In this document: positions 1 through 10,473 of the stretch, in pieces | Layout: the number at the start of each line of letters is the position of its first letter | How positions within the stretch are numbered: position 1 is the stretch's first letter | Assembly: GCA_900555735.1 (NCBI GenBank) | Contig: USMI01000001.1 | Span: 6,330-70,329, forward strand | Reading direction: 5' to 3' | Length of the DNA stretch: 64,000 nucleotides | Origin: an uncultured Eubacteriales bacterium | Lineage (GTDB): Bacteria > Bacillota > Clostridia > Oscillospirales > Oscillospiraceae | The notes under the pieces: model-generated | The model's input: the letters and a program-made list of their open reading frames with translations, nothing else | Told to the model about the DNA's origin: nothing | The model's database searches: none | Made by a program: the position numbers and the translations under genes

Positions 1-1018
1 CCACACCGGGAAGGCCGCCGGGAATGGTGGTAAAGTCCCCCTGCCCCGCCAGCTTCTGCTTGGTGGTGAAGGAGCAGTGGTCGGTGGACACGGTGTTGAC
101 CCGGCCCTCACGCAGGCCGTCCCACAGCGCGTCCTGATCTGCCTTCTTGCGGATAGGAGGCGAGCACACGAACTTGGCGGAGGACAGCCAGTCCTGCTGG
201 TAGTACACGCTGTCGTCCAGCGCCAGATACTGAGGGCAGGTCTCGGAATACACCGTCTGGCCCCGGCCGCGGGCCTGATCGATCTCCGCCAGCGCCGCGG
301 CATTGGTGGTATGGACGATGACCACAGGAGCCTCCGCCGCCTGGGCGATCCGCAGGATACGGCCCACGGCCTCCGCCTCCAGATAGTCGGGACGGGTCTG
401 GGGATGGCAGGAGACGCTGTTCTCTCCCTTGGCCTTTTTCTCGGCCACCAGCGCGTCGATCACGCCGCTGTTCTCACAGTGGACACCGCAGATACCGCCC
501 CGTGCCTTCAGCGCCTTCAGGGCGCGGTACAGGTCGCCGTCCGGCAGCATCATGGCGGGATAGGTCATATACATTTTAAAAGAGGTGATGCCGGCGGCGA
601 ACATGTCGTCCAGCTCGCCCTCAATGCCCGCGTTCCAGTCGTCGATGGTCATGTGAAAGCCGTAGTCACAGTGGCAGTCCGCCGCCTTCTTGTGCCAGAG
701 GTCGAGGCCGTAGGCCAGTGTCTCGCCCTTGTTGGGGCAGGCGAAGTCGATGACGGTGGTGGTGCCGCCGCGGAGGGCGGAACGGCTGCCGCTCTCGAAA
801 TCGTCGGCGGTGGTGGTGTTGCACACGTCCAGATCAAAGTGGGTGTGGGCGTCAATGAAGCCCGGCAGCAGCAGCTTGCCGGTCACGTCCACCACCTCCG
901 CGTCAGGCGCATCGATATGGGGCGCCACGGCGGCGATCTTCTCGCCGTCCACCAGCACATCGGCCTCCACGACGGCGCTGCCACTGACCACGCGGCCGCC
1001 GGTAAAGAGTCGTTTCAT
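1..1018 (-). CDS. hydA: Dihydropyrimidinase / cyclic amidohydrolase (3' end runs off the window)
   Basis: Manual translation from ATG at 1018 (GGAGG RBS): MKRLFTGGRVV...PGFIDAHTHF...GGTTTVIDF...SFKMYMTY...VHCEN...STDHCSF, the metal-dependent amidohydrolase motifs. Absent from the ORF track because it has no stop in the window. Confidence 0.88.
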   Translation of the reverse strand, partial: MKRLFTGGRVVSGSAVVEADVLVDGEKIAAVAPHIDAPDAEVVDVTGKLLLPGFIDAHTHFDLDVCNTTTADDFESGSRSALRGGTTTVIDFACPNKGETLAYGLDLWHKKAADCHCDYGFHMTIDDWNAGIEGELDDMFAAGITSFKMYMTYPAMMLPDGDLYRALKALKARGGICGVHCENSGVIDALVAEKKAKGENSVSCHPQTRPDYLEAEAVGRILRIAQAAEAPVVIVHTTNAAALAEIDQARGRGQTVYSETCPQYLALDDSVYYQQDWLSSAKFVCSPPIRKKADQDALWDGLREGRVNTVSTDHCSFTTKQKLAGQGDFTTIPGGLPGV

Positions 1019-1195
1019 AGGAAAGTACCTCCCTGTCGTTTCTTATTTCGTCCATTATAGCACCTGCCGCCCTGCGGTGGTACAAAAATTTTTGTTTTTC
1101 AAAAATTTTTCACTGAAAAAAGAGTGTATTCGGAAAATATCCTGTATAATAGAATGAGGAAAAATTTCGGCGCAGCGCGGAAAGGAGGTCAGGCC

Positions 1196-2962
1196 ATGTT
1201 TTCCCAGACATTTCTGGATGAGCTGATCGCCCGCAACGACATCGTGGACGTGGTGGGCTCCTATGTGTCGCTGACACCCAAGGGCGGCAGCTATTGGGGC
1301 TGCTGTCCCTTCCACAATGAAAAAACGCCCTCCTTCCACGTTTTGCAGGACAAGCAGTTCTATCACTGCTTCGGCTGCAAGAAGGGCGGCGGCGTCATCA
1401 ATTTCATCATGGAGATCGAGAACCTCTCCTACCCCGACGCCATCCGCTTTCTGGCCAAGCGGGTCAACATGGAGGTACCGGAGGACCGGGAATCCGCCGA
1501 CGCCGACCGATTGCGCAAGCGGCTGCTGGCGCTGAACCGGGACGCCGCCCGATGGTACTATGACGTGCTGCAAGGCCCCGACGGCGCGGCGGTGCGGGCG
1601 TATCTGGATAAACGAGCCATTTCCCGGAAAATTGCCGTGCGCTTCGGCATGGGCGCGTCGCCGGACAGCTGGGACGCGCTGCTGCGGGCCATGACCGCCA
1701 GGGGCTACACCAAGCAGGAGCTGCTGACGGCGGGACTGATCGTGGCCAACAAAAGCGGCGGCTTTTACGACAAATTCCGCAACCGGCTGATGCTGCCGGT
1801 CATTGACGTGCGGGGCGACGTGGTGGGCTTCGGCAGCCGCGTCATCGACAAGTCCGAGCCAAAATACATGAACAGCACCGAAACGCCGGTATACAGCAAA
1901 CGCCGGGTGCTGTACGGTCTGAATCTGGCGAAAAAAACCAAGCGCCCCAACATGATCCTGTGCGAGGGAAACCTTGACGTGGTGACGCTGCATCAGGCGG
2001 GCTTCGACAACGCGGTGGCCTCTATGGGCACGGCGCTGACCACCGAGCAGATCCGATTGCTGGGCCGGTACACCAAGGAGCTGGTGCTGTGCTACGACAA
2101 CGACAACGCCGGTCAGCTGGCCACCCAGCGGGCGCTGGAGATGCTGAACAATACGGAGTTCACCGTTCGGGTGCTGAAGCTGCCCCGGCGGCTGGTGGAC
2201 GGCGAGTATGTGAAGCAGGACGCCGACGATTTCATCAAGTTTCAGGGTGCGCCCGCCTTTGAGCGCCTGCTCAGCGGCAGCGAAAATGGCGTGGAGTTCC
2301 GCATGTCGCAGGTGGCCGCCAAGTACGACCTGCGCAGCGATCAGGGCCGCATCGACTACACCGCCGAGGTCAGTCAGGTGCTTGCCGAGCTGGACAACGC
2401 CGTAGAGCGGGAGGTATACGCCAATCGTGCCGCCGAGGCCGCCGGACTGTCCCCCGATGCCATGCGGCAGGAGGTAGAACGGGCCGCCCGCAAGCGGCGG
2501 TACAGCGACCGGAAAAAGCGGGAACGGCAGGAGCTGAACCCCGCCATGACCATGCAGCCCGCCGCGCGGGGCAGCCGCTATACCAATCTCCGCAGCGCCA
2601 TGGCGGAGGAGGGCGTGATCCGGCTGCTGCATCTTGACCCCACGCTGTTCGGCGACGCGCCGCCATTGCGGCCGGAGGAATTTTCCTCGCCGCTGCTGGG
2701 CAAGATATATGGCGCCATGTGGCCCCGGCGGTATGACCGCACCGGACTTTCCGCCCTGACGGGCGAGCTGACGGGCGAGGAAATGAGCCATCTGACCACA
2801 CTGCTGCAAAAGCCAGAATCCACGGCCAACGCACCGCAGGCGCTGGCGGACTACATACGGGTGATCCGGGAGGAGCAGGCCAAACGGGACGGCTCCGGCA
2901 TCGATCCCCTGCTGCTGGCCATGGAAACATTCAAGGATAAAAAACGAAAAGATAAAAAATAA
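1196..2962 (+). CDS. dnaG: DNA primase
   Basis: [11 protein letters not shown]...CFGC zinc-binding domain, KYMNS motif, TOPRIM (CEGNLDV, YDND); AAGGAGG RBS before ATG 1196; directly upstream of rpoD. Confidence 0.97.
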   Translation: MFSQTFLDELIARNDIVDVVGSYVSLTPKGGSYWGCCPFHNEKTPSFHVLQDKQFYHCFGCKKGGGVINFIMEIENLSYPDAIRFLAKRVNMEVPEDRESADADRLRKRLLALNRDAARWYYDVLQGPDGAAVRAYLDKRAISRKIAVRFGMGASPDSWDALLRAMTARGYTKQELLTAGLIVANKSGGFYDKFRNRLMLPVIDVRGDVVGFGSRVIDKSEPKYMNSTETPVYSKRRVLYGLNLAKKTKRPNMILCEGNLDVVTLHQAGFDNAVASMGTALTTEQIRLLGRYTKELVLCYDNDNAGQLATQRALEMLNNTEFTVRVLKLPRRLVDGEYVKQDADDFIKFQGAPAFERLLSGSENGVEFRMSQVAAKYDLRSDQGRIDYTAEVSQVLAELDNAVEREVYANRAAEAAGLSPDAMRQEVERAARKRRYSDRKKRERQELNPAMTMQPAARGSRYTNLRSAMAEEGVIRLLHLDPTLFGDAPPLRPEEFSSPLLGKIYGAMWPRRYDRTGLSALTGELTGEEMSHLTTLLQKPESTANAPQALADYIRVIREEQAKRDGSGIDPLLLAMETFKDKKRKDKK

Positions 2963-2979
2963 AACGGAGGAAAGCACAC

Positions 2980-4365
2980 ATGACGGACAAGACCTATACC
3001 CAAAAGGAGCTGGAGGAAATGGCCAACGCCCTGCTGGCGGAGGACGATAAGAAGGCGGACGCCAAGGCGGTCAAGCCCGCAGAAAAGGATGACGCCAAGA
3101 GCGCCGAGGACAAGAAGGAAAAGGGCAAGCTGGACGAAAAGGCCATCGCCTCCCTGCCCGCCGCCGCGCTGATCATGGCCAACGAAAAGCTGCGTGACAT
3201 GCTGGTCAAGGGCAAGAAGAAGGGCAAGCTGGACGCCAACGAGGTCAGCGACGTGCTGGACGAGATGGATCTGGAGAGCGAGCAGATGGACCGCATCTAC
3301 GACTCTCTGGAGGCGCTGGGCATCGAGGTGGGCACCGAGGACTTCCTGTCCAATATCGACGACGACATTGAGCCTCCCATGGAGGAGATCGCCGAGATCG
3401 AGGAAGAGGAGCTGGTGGACCCCAATACGCTGGTGGACAGCTTCAATATCGACGATCCCGTGCGCATGTATCTGAAGGAGATCGGCCGGGTGCCGCTGCT
3501 GAGCGCTGACGAGGAGGTGGTGCTGGCCACCGCCATGTCCGCCGGACGCGCCGCGCAGGAGCGCATCGACGAGGCCGCCGAAAATGAGGAGACCATCCCC
3601 GACGAGGAGATGGCACAGCTGAAAAAGGATATCAAGGAGGGCAACAAGGCCAAGCAGAAGCTGGCCGAGGCCAACCTCCGTCTGGTGGTATCCATCGCCA
3701 AGCGGTATGTGGGCCGCGGCATGCTGTTCCTGGATCTGATTCAGGAGGGCAATCTGGGCCTGATTAAGGCCGTGGAGAAGTTCGACTATACCAAGGGCTA
3801 TAAGTTCTCCACCTACGCCACATGGTGGATCCGTCAGGCCATCACCCGCGCCATCGCCGATCAGGCCCGCACCATTCGTATTCCCGTACATATGGTGGAG
3901 ACCATCAACAAGGTCATCCGGGTCAGCCGCCAGCTACTGCAGCAGCTGGGCCACGATCCCACGCCGGAGGAGATCTCCGCCGAGATGGGCATGCCCGTGG
4001 ACAAGGTACGGGAAATTCTGAAAATTGCGCAGGAGCCGGTGTCTCTGGAGACCCCCATCGGCGAGGAGGAGGACAGCCATCTGGGCGACTTCATCCCCGA
4101 CGAGGGCGCGTCCGAGCCCAGCGAGGCCGCCAGCTTCACGCTGCTGAAGGAGCAGCTGGTGGATGTGCTGAGCACCCTGACGCCCCGTGAGGAGAAGGTG
4201 CTGAAGCTGCGCTTCGGCATCGAGGACGGCCGCACCCGCACGCTGGAGGAGGTCGGCAAGGAGTTCAACGTCACCCGTGAGCGCATCCGCCAGATTGAAG
4301 CCAAGGCCCTGCGCAAGCTGCGCCATCCCAGCCGCAGCAAGAAGCTGAAGGACTTTTTGAACTAA
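2980..4365 (+). CDS. rpoD: RNA polymerase primary sigma factor SigA/RpoD
   Basis: [68 protein letters not shown]. Confidence 0.98.
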   Translation: MTDKTYTQKELEEMANALLAEDDKKADAKAVKPAEKDDAKSAEDKKEKGKLDEKAIASLPAAALIMANEKLRDMLVKGKKKGKLDANEVSDVLDEMDLESEQMDRIYDSLEALGIEVGTEDFLSNIDDDIEPPMEEIAEIEEEELVDPNTLVDSFNIDDPVRMYLKEIGRVPLLSADEEVVLATAMSAGRAAQERIDEAAENEETIPDEEMAQLKKDIKEGNKAKQKLAEANLRLVVSIAKRYVGRGMLFLDLIQEGNLGLIKAVEKFDYTKGYKFSTYATWWIRQAITRAIADQARTIRIPVHMVETINKVIRVSRQLLQQLGHDPTPEEISAEMGMPVDKVREILKIAQEPVSLETPIGEEEDSHLGDFIPDEGASEPSEAASFTLLKEQLVDVLSTLTPREEKVLKLRFGIEDGRTRTLEEVGKEFNVTRERIRQIEAKALRKLRHPSRSKKLKDFLN

Positions 4366-4378
4366 AGGAGCGTCTTCC

Positions 4379-4714
4379 ATGATCCTTGATTTCAACGCCA
4401 TGGCCGCCAACGCCGTGCCCCACTTCAAGGGCGGCGAGGGCGAGGCCATCGTCCGCAAGTTCGACGATCCCCGCATGGGCGCGGTGGTGCAGCTGACGCT
4501 GCCGGTAGGCTCCTCCATCGGCCTGCACACCCACACCGGCAACTGCGAGGTCATCTATGTGCTGTCCGGCAGCGGCCGGTGCATCGACGACGATGCGGAA
4601 TATCCCATCACCGCCGGGATGTGCCACTACTGCCCCGAGGGTCACACCCACAGCATCGTCAACACCGGCGACACGGAGCTGAAGCTGCTGGGCGTGCTGC
4701 CCATCGTCAAATAA
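4379..4714 (+). CDS. Cupin domain protein
   Basis: HTHxxxxEVIYVLSGSG and PEGHTHSIVN cupin motifs; AAGGAG RBS. Confidence 0.85.
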   Translation: MILDFNAMAANAVPHFKGGEGEAIVRKFDDPRMGAVVQLTLPVGSSIGLHTHTGNCEVIYVLSGSGRCIDDDAEYPITAGMCHYCPEGHTHSIVNTGDTELKLLGVLPIVK

Positions 4715-4752
4715 CGTTTTCCGATTTTGCAGAGAGAAAGGAGTCCTGAATC

Positions 4753-5307
4753 ATGCTGGACGCCACCTTGGGATACATTCTTTGCTGCCAGTCCCCCACC
4801 CTGTTTCTGGCGGCACTGTTGCTGCTGCTGTGCTATTTCACCCGCAAAAAGGCCCATCACGCCCGGTCTGTTCTTGACCTGATCCTGTGTATCCTGTGCG
4901 CCGCAGGCGGCGTGGTGCTGTATTTCCTCGGCATGGGGAAGGGCTACTTCTCCATCAAGGATTTCTATATGATCCGCACTCCGGCATGGATCGGCATGAT
5001 CGCGGTGATCGCTGTCGCCGTATGGCTGGTCGTCCGCGGCTTCCTTGCCCTTAACCGCCGCCGGACGGCGGAAAAGGAGGCCAACCGCGCCGCCAATGCC
5101 GAGGCCCATCAGCGGGAAGAGGAGGCCAAGGCTGCCGCAAAGCAGCAGGCGGAGCAGGAAAAGGCCGCCAACGCCGCCGCTGTGGCCCACATCAGCGAGG
5201 AGGTGGACAGTGCGCTGACACCGGCGGACACACCGGATGCCGCGCCTGCCATGCCTGATCCCGCAGAGCCCATCAGCCTGACGCTGGACGGCGGCGATCA
5301 GGCGTAA
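4753..5307 (+). CDS. Hypothetical membrane protein (about 3 TM segments, Ala/Glu-rich tail)
   Basis: AAGGAG RBS, hydrophobic N-terminal half, host-like codon usage. Confidence 0.7.
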   Translation: MLDATLGYILCCQSPTLFLAALLLLLCYFTRKKAHHARSVLDLILCILCAAGGVVLYFLGMGKGYFSIKDFYMIRTPAWIGMIAVIAVAVWLVVRGFLALNRRRTAEKEANRAANAEAHQREEEAKAAAKQQAEQEKAANAAAVAHISEEVDSALTPADTPDAAPAMPDPAEPISLTLDGGDQA

Positions 5308-5321
5308 GCGTACCGACTTCA

Positions 5322-5590
5322 CAAAGGCGTGTTGCCCCGATAAGGGCAACACGCCTTTCAGCTTGTCAAAAAAGGCTATGCTTTTTTGGCAAAATAAGAA
5401 TCGCTCCGACCCGCGCTTTTCCTCCCATAAATGGGCGAAAAAACACTCTCTCCGCGCAAAGAATTTTTTGCCACGCACATGTCGCGGCAAAAATGATCCA
5501 ATCTGTTCGCCGCCATAGCGGGCGGCGAATTCTGCGAAGCTTTTGACAGTCTCAAAGATGTGTTGCTCTTATCGGGGCAACGCATCTTTG
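5322..5590. mobile_element. MITE-like element: 50-bp imperfect terminal inverted repeats, each containing a hairpin
   Basis: 5322-5371 matches the reverse complement of 5541-5590 at 41/50 positions by manual count; inner ends CAGCTTGTCAAAA and TTTTGACAGTCT; no transposase inside. Confidence 0.6.
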
Positions 5591-5635
5591 TTTTCTTCCT
5601 ATAACAAGAACAACTACCGTAAGGAGGCTATTCAT

Positions 5636-7006
5636 ATGCAAGACTCACCGGTCACGCTGCATATCCCCTATCCCAATGAAAAGCAACAGCGGTTTCTGGA
5701 ATGCCGCAAAAAGTACGTCGCCTTTGGCGGAGCGCGCGGCGGCGGCAAAAGCTGGGCCGTGCGCACCAAGGCCAAGCTGCTGGCCCTGCGCTATCCCGGC
5801 ATCCGGCTGCTGATCGTGCGGCGCACCTATCAGGAGCTGGAGAGCAACCACATCCGCCAGCTGCGCGCCGAGCTCCACGGCGCGGCACAGTACAAGGCCA
5901 CCGACCGCACTTTCACCTTTGCCAACGGCTCCACGCTGGAGTTTGGCTACTGCGCCAGCGACGGCGACATGGACCGCTATCAGGGCGCGGAGTACGACGT
6001 GATCTTTCTGGACGAATGTACCCAGCTGCGGGAGCAGTGGATGCGGCAGTTTGCCGCGTGTCTTCGCGGCGTCAACGACTTCCCCAAACGCATCTACTAC
6101 ACCTGCAACCCCGGCGGCCCCGGCCACAGCTACATCAAGCGTCTGTTCATCGACCGGCGGTTCGAGCCGGGCGAAAATCCCGACGACTATGAATTCATTC
6201 CCGCCCGGGTCACCGACAACAAGGCGCTGCTGGCGGCACAGCCGGAGTATCTCCGGCAGCTGGAGGCTCTGCCCCGGCGGCTGCGGCTGGCGTGGCTGGA
6301 GGGCAGATGGGACATCTTTCAGGGGCAGGTGTTCAGCGAATTCACCGACGATCCTGACCATTATGCCGACCGGCGGTTCACCCATGTGCTGCCTGCCTTC
6401 GATATTCCCAGAGAATGGCGGGTGTACCGCAGTTACGACTTCGGCTATGCCAAGCCCTTCTCCTGCGGCTGGTGGGCGGTGGATCACGACGGCGTGATCT
6501 ATCGTATTCTGGAACTGTACGGCTGCACCTCCACACCCAACGAGGGCGTGCTGTGGACGCCGGACAGGCAGTTTTCGGAGATCCGCCGCATCGAGAGTGA
6601 GCATCCCTATCTCAAGGGCCGGGACATCTCCGGCGTGGCCGACCCGGCCATCTGGGACGCCAGCCGGGGTGAGAGCGTCTACGAAACGGCCCTGAAGCAC
6701 CGCATTTTCTTCCAGCGGGGCGACAACCGCCGCATTGCCGGGTGGATGCAGCTGCACTACCGGCTGGCCTTCGACAGAGAGGGCTATCCCGGCATGTATG
6801 TGTTCGACACCTGCAAGGGCTTTCTGCGGACAGTCCCGGCGCTGCTGTACAGCAAGACCGCGCCGGAGGACGTGGACACGGCGCAGGAGGATCACATTGC
6901 CGACGAGACCCGGTATTTCTGCATGTCGCGGCCCATCGCGCCCCGGCGGATGGAGCCTGCGGGCCGCCCGCAGGACGATCCGCTGAATATGCGGAAGTCG
7001 GTATAA
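5636..7006 (+). CDS. Phage-type terminase large subunit, orphan
   Basis: Walker A GGARGGGKS, Walker B VIFLDE, coupling motif TCNP, nuclease acidic motifs YDFG, ADP, DHIADE; AAGGAGG RBS before ATG 5636. Confidence 0.88.
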   Translation: MQDSPVTLHIPYPNEKQQRFLECRKKYVAFGGARGGGKSWAVRTKAKLLALRYPGIRLLIVRRTYQELESNHIRQLRAELHGAAQYKATDRTFTFANGSTLEFGYCASDGDMDRYQGAEYDVIFLDECTQLREQWMRQFAACLRGVNDFPKRIYYTCNPGGPGHSYIKRLFIDRRFEPGENPDDYEFIPARVTDNKALLAAQPEYLRQLEALPRRLRLAWLEGRWDIFQGQVFSEFTDDPDHYADRRFTHVLPAFDIPREWRVYRSYDFGYAKPFSCGWWAVDHDGVIYRILELYGCTSTPNEGVLWTPDRQFSEIRRIESEHPYLKGRDISGVADPAIWDASRGESVYETALKHRIFFQRGDNRRIAGWMQLHYRLAFDREGYPGMYVFDTCKGFLRTVPALLYSKTAPEDVDTAQEDHIADETRYFCMSRPIAPRRMEPAGRPQDDPLNMRKSV

Positions 7007-7009
7007 GGG

Positions 7010-7038
7010 AACGGAGGCGGGCTTGCCCTCCTCCGTTT
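7010..7038. terminator. Hairpin terminator between convergent genes
   Basis: AACGGAGGCGGGC...GCCCTCCTCCGTTT imperfect stem followed by a short T run. Confidence 0.55.
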
Positions 7039-7054
7039 GCTTATGTTTGCAGGC

Positions 7055-7972
7055 TCACGCCAGCTTGTCGGGATATATGCCCTCGTCATGGAGCTTTTGC
7101 AGCGCCGCCGCCACACGGGGCCGGTCCTCGTGATAGGTCATGCCGAACCACTGGTCGGCGGAATGGAGTACGGAAACCGTCAGCTGTCCCTTATCCATCA
7201 TGTCGCCCACCATGGCAGGCAGCAGGCACTCCGCCTTGGGATCGTCGCCCACATGGCGGAGGAAGTCGTGGAAATACTGCTCCATATGTTCATAGATGGC
7301 AGGGGAAAAGCCCCAGAAATTCATGGATACCACGCTGTCGCCGTCCAGCTCCCGGCGAACGCCGTCCGCCATGTCGGCAATGCTGCCGTCGGGGAACTGC
7401 TGGATCTTCATGGTCTCGCGGATATCGGTCAGCTTGCCGTCCGCCGTGTGGCATACGCCGCGGGTGACGGTGCCGTATTTGCTGACGGTGTTCTTCAGAA
7501 GATAGCCCACCATGACGGCCTTCCCCTGCTCCGGCAGGGTCTGGAGCGCCTCGTACATGGTGCGGTAGGCGTCCACGCCGTAATAGTCATCGGCATTGAT
7601 GACACAGAACGGTTCATGGACAAAGGGACGGGTACACAGCACCGCGTGGGTGGTGCCGAAGGGCTTGGTGCGCCCTTCCGGAATATGATAAAAGTCCGGC
7701 ACGGAGTCAAAGGTCTGCTCGGCATAGCAGAACTCCACCTTGCGGCCGTCAGGCGTACACAGGGTATCCAGTGCCTCGCCCGCCAGACGGTGGATCAGGT
7801 CGCGGATCTCCGGCTTGATGACAAACACCACCTTGTCGAAACCGGCGCGGGCCGCGTCATAGATGCCGTAGTTCATCAGGATCTCGCCGTGAGGGCCAAC
7901 GCCGTCCACCTGCTTGTTGCCGCCATAACGGGAGCCCATACCGGCTGCCATGATCACCAGTGTTGCATGCAT
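7055..7972 (-). CDS. Sugar-phosphate nucleotidyltransferase
   Basis: LVIMAAGMGSRYGG signature, KPFGTTHA, INADDYYG. Confidence 0.85.
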   Translation of the reverse strand: MHATLVIMAAGMGSRYGGNKQVDGVGPHGEILMNYGIYDAARAGFDKVVFVIKPEIRDLIHRLAGEALDTLCTPDGRKVEFCYAEQTFDSVPDFYHIPEGRTKPFGTTHAVLCTRPFVHEPFCVINADDYYGVDAYRTMYEALQTLPEQGKAVMVGYLLKNTVSKYGTVTRGVCHTADGKLTDIRETMKIQQFPDGSIADMADGVRRELDGDSVVSMNFWGFSPAIYEHMEQYFHDFLRHVGDDPKAECLLPAMVGDMMDKGQLTVSVLHSADQWFGMTYHEDRPRVAAALQKLHDEGIYPDKLA

Positions 7973-8150
7973 TTCCTTTTCCTCCTGCTGCAAAAAATGT
8001 TCCGTCTACATGATACCACGTTTCCCCAAAAAGGGCAACCGCCTTTTCTCCTTAAAAATTTTCAGGAAACTTGTATTTTTCTCTGGATTTCAGGAGACCG
8101 CTCCCGTATAATAGATATATTGCGAAAAATTTTGGCAGGAGGCGTTTCCT

Positions 8151-9044
8151 ATGGAAAAGTCAAAAGTGATGGGTCATATTTTTGCCATCATCACCATACT
8201 GGTATGGGGCAGCTGCTTTGTGCTGACCAAGAATCTGCTGGTGTATTTTACCCCCATCCAGATCATCCCGCTGCGGATGGGGCTGGCGTACATCACGCTG
8301 TGGATCCTGCGGCCCAAGACCATGAAGCTGCCGTGGAAGGATGAGCTGATGTTCATTCTCATCGGCATCACCGGCGGAAGCTTCTACTTCTATCTGCAAA
8401 ATACGGCGCTGGATCACACCTACGCCGCCAACGTCAGTATTCTGGTGGCTATGAGTCCCATTCTGACGGTGCTACTGGCGCAGCTGTTCAGCCGCAGCAA
8501 CGAGCGGCTGGGCAAGTATGTGTACATCGGCGCGGTCATCGCCATCGCCGGCGTGGTGCTGGTGGTGCTGAACGGCCAGATGTCCTTCCACCTCAGCCCC
8601 ATAGGCGATCTGCTGGCTCTGGCGGCGGCGCTGATGTGGGCGGTATACTCCATCCTCATCAAGAAATACACCGAGCAGTACGATAACTTCATCGTCACCC
8701 GCCGGGTATTCCTGTGGGCGTTCCTGACCGCCGTGCCCCTGATGCTGCTGACCGACGGCATGCCCGTTCTAACGCCGCTGTTCACCGATGTGAAGGTGCT
8801 CATCAGCTGGCTGTTCCTGGGCGTGATGGGCAACGCGGTATGCTTCGCCATCTGGAACATCGCCTTCAAGGCGCTGGGCGTGGTGGTCACCAACAACTAC
8901 CTGTACGCCTCCCCCTTTGTGACGGTGTTCGTGGGCTGGCTGCTGCTGGACGAGCCCATCTCCGTCATGAGCATCATCGGCGCGGTGCTCATTACCGTGG
9001 GTGTCATCTTCGCCTACAAGGGGGACAAGCCGAAGGCAGAATAA
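8151..9044 (+). CDS. DMT/EamA family transporter
   Basis: About ten hydrophobic segments in two EamA-like repeats; AGGAGG RBS. Confidence 0.88.
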   Translation: MEKSKVMGHIFAIITILVWGSCFVLTKNLLVYFTPIQIIPLRMGLAYITLWILRPKTMKLPWKDELMFILIGITGGSFYFYLQNTALDHTYAANVSILVAMSPILTVLLAQLFSRSNERLGKYVYIGAVIAIAGVVLVVLNGQMSFHLSPIGDLLALAAALMWAVYSILIKKYTEQYDNFIVTRRVFLWAFLTAVPLMLLTDGMPVLTPLFTDVKVLISWLFLGVMGNAVCFAIWNIAFKALGVVVTNNYLYASPFVTVFVGWLLLDEPISVMSIIGAVLITVGVIFAYKGDKPKAE

Positions 9045-9119
9045 GGGGCAACAGACGGTTGCTTGTCAGATCTCACCGCACATGGTAAGATATCCTTAAT
9101 GATTTAAGGAGGCGGTCAA

Positions 9120-9560
9120 ATGGAGACGAAAGAGATCATTCAGGCACTGCGGACGAAGCAGGGCCTATCCCAGAACGAGCTGGCGGAGCGGGTGCATGTG
9201 ACCCGTCAGGCGGTGTCCCGCTGGGAAAACGGCGAGACCATGCCCAATGTGGAGACGCTGAAGCTGCTGTCGAAGGTGCTGGACGCATCCATCAATACGC
9301 TGCTGGGGTCGCCCCGGACGCTGGTGTGCCAGTGCTGCGGGATGCCGCTGGACGACACCACCCTCAGCCGCGAGACGGACGGCACATTCAATGAGGACTA
9401 CTGCAAGTGGTGCTATACCTGCGGGCGGTTTACCTATGCCGACAAGGCATCGCTGCTGGACTTTCTGGTGGCCCATATGCCCAATCCGGACGGTACGGCG
9501 GAGGATGTGCGCCGCACACAGTTCGACGGCTATCTGTCCACGCTGAAGCATTGGAAATAA
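9120..9560 (+). CDS. XRE HTH regulator with C-terminal zinc ribbon
   Basis: SQNELAERVHVTRQAVSRWENG helix-turn-helix; CQCCGMP...YCKWCY. Confidence 0.88.
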   Translation: METKEIIQALRTKQGLSQNELAERVHVTRQAVSRWENGETMPNVETLKLLSKVLDASINTLLGSPRTLVCQCCGMPLDDTTLSRETDGTFNEDYCKWCYTCGRFTYADKASLLDFLVAHMPNPDGTAEDVRRTQFDGYLSTLKHWK

Positions 9561-9562
9561 GC

Positions 9563-9602
9563 AAAAATAACCCGTATGACCGCGGTCATACGGGTTATTT
9601 TT
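9563..9602. terminator. Bidirectional intrinsic terminator
   Basis: AAAAATAACCCGTATGACC-GC-GGTCATACGGGTTATTTTT palindrome between convergent genes. Confidence 0.8.
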
Positions 9603-10458
9603 ACAGCTTGATATCGCAGGACATGCTCATGACGGCGCTGCCGCCGATGCGGACATTCACTGTGCCGCCCTCGTCATAAAGACGGCTGCGGATCACGGAG
9701 GGCCGGCGCATATGCTCACCCTGCAGGAAGGTGTTCTCCTCCAGCGGGCGCACCATGCCGTGCAGGTACAGGTAATAGGTCAGCGCGCCGTTGCTGGTGC
9801 CGGTGGCGCACTCCTCCGGAATGTCGTACAGGGGCGCGTAGTTACTGCAATATGCGGTGCAGGCATCGCCGCCGGGGCAGAACATGTGGACGCCGGTAAC
9901 ATCATAGCGGCGGGACAGCTCCGTGACCGCCGCCTCGTTCTGCACGGCACGCATCAGGGTATCGTGATCCCGGACAGGTATCATGATATCCGCAAGGCCG
10001 GTGGAGACGATCCACGGCTCCAAGCCCTCCGGGCGATCGTCCGTTGTCAGACCGTAGGCGGCGTACAGCTCCGACCATTCCTCCGCTGTCAGCTTCCGGA
10101 TCAGCTGCGGCGGCGCCATGTCCATCCACACCGTGCCGCCGGAGACCTCAATATTCAGGTCAGCCGCCTTGGTGTGGGCGATACGGCTGCCGTCGCCGAT
10201 CAGCCCCTCCTGCCGCAGCAGGGCGAAGGAGGCCACGGTGGCATGGCCGCACAGGTCCACCTCCCCGGCGGGGGTAAAGTACCGCAGCGTTACGCTGCCG
10301 TCACCGTTCACGGCGACAAAAGCAGTCTCGGAGTGCTTGAACTCCGCGGCGATCTGCTGCATGACCGCATCCTCCAACGGATGATCCGGCAGGGCCACGC
10401 CCGCCTGATTGCCGCCGAACACACGGTCTGAAAAGGCATCCATCACATAGGCTCTCAT
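9601..10458 (-). CDS. PhzF-family isomerase/epimerase
   Basis: DAF...GGNQAGV, SETAF, RYFTPAGEVDLCGHAT, ECATGTSNG. Confidence 0.9.
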   Translation of the reverse strand: MRAYVMDAFSDRVFGGNQAGVALPDHPLEDAVMQQIAAEFKHSETAFVAVNGDGSVTLRYFTPAGEVDLCGHATVASFALLRQEGLIGDGSRIAHTKAADLNIEVSGGTVWMDMAPPQLIRKLTAEEWSELYAAYGLTTDDRPEGLEPWIVSTGLADIMIPVRDHDTLMRAVQNEAAVTELSRRYDVTGVHMFCPGGDACTAYCSNYAPLYDIPEECATGTSNGALTYYLYLHGMVRPLEENTFLQGEHMRRPSVIRSRLYDEGGTVNVRIGGSAVMSMSCDIKL

Positions 10459-10473
10459 CGGGAAAGCGCCTCC

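Noticed and set aside
4753..9560. Prophage around the terminase gene
   Set aside because: No integrase, portal, capsid, tail or lysis genes; the neighbours are ordinary host genes.
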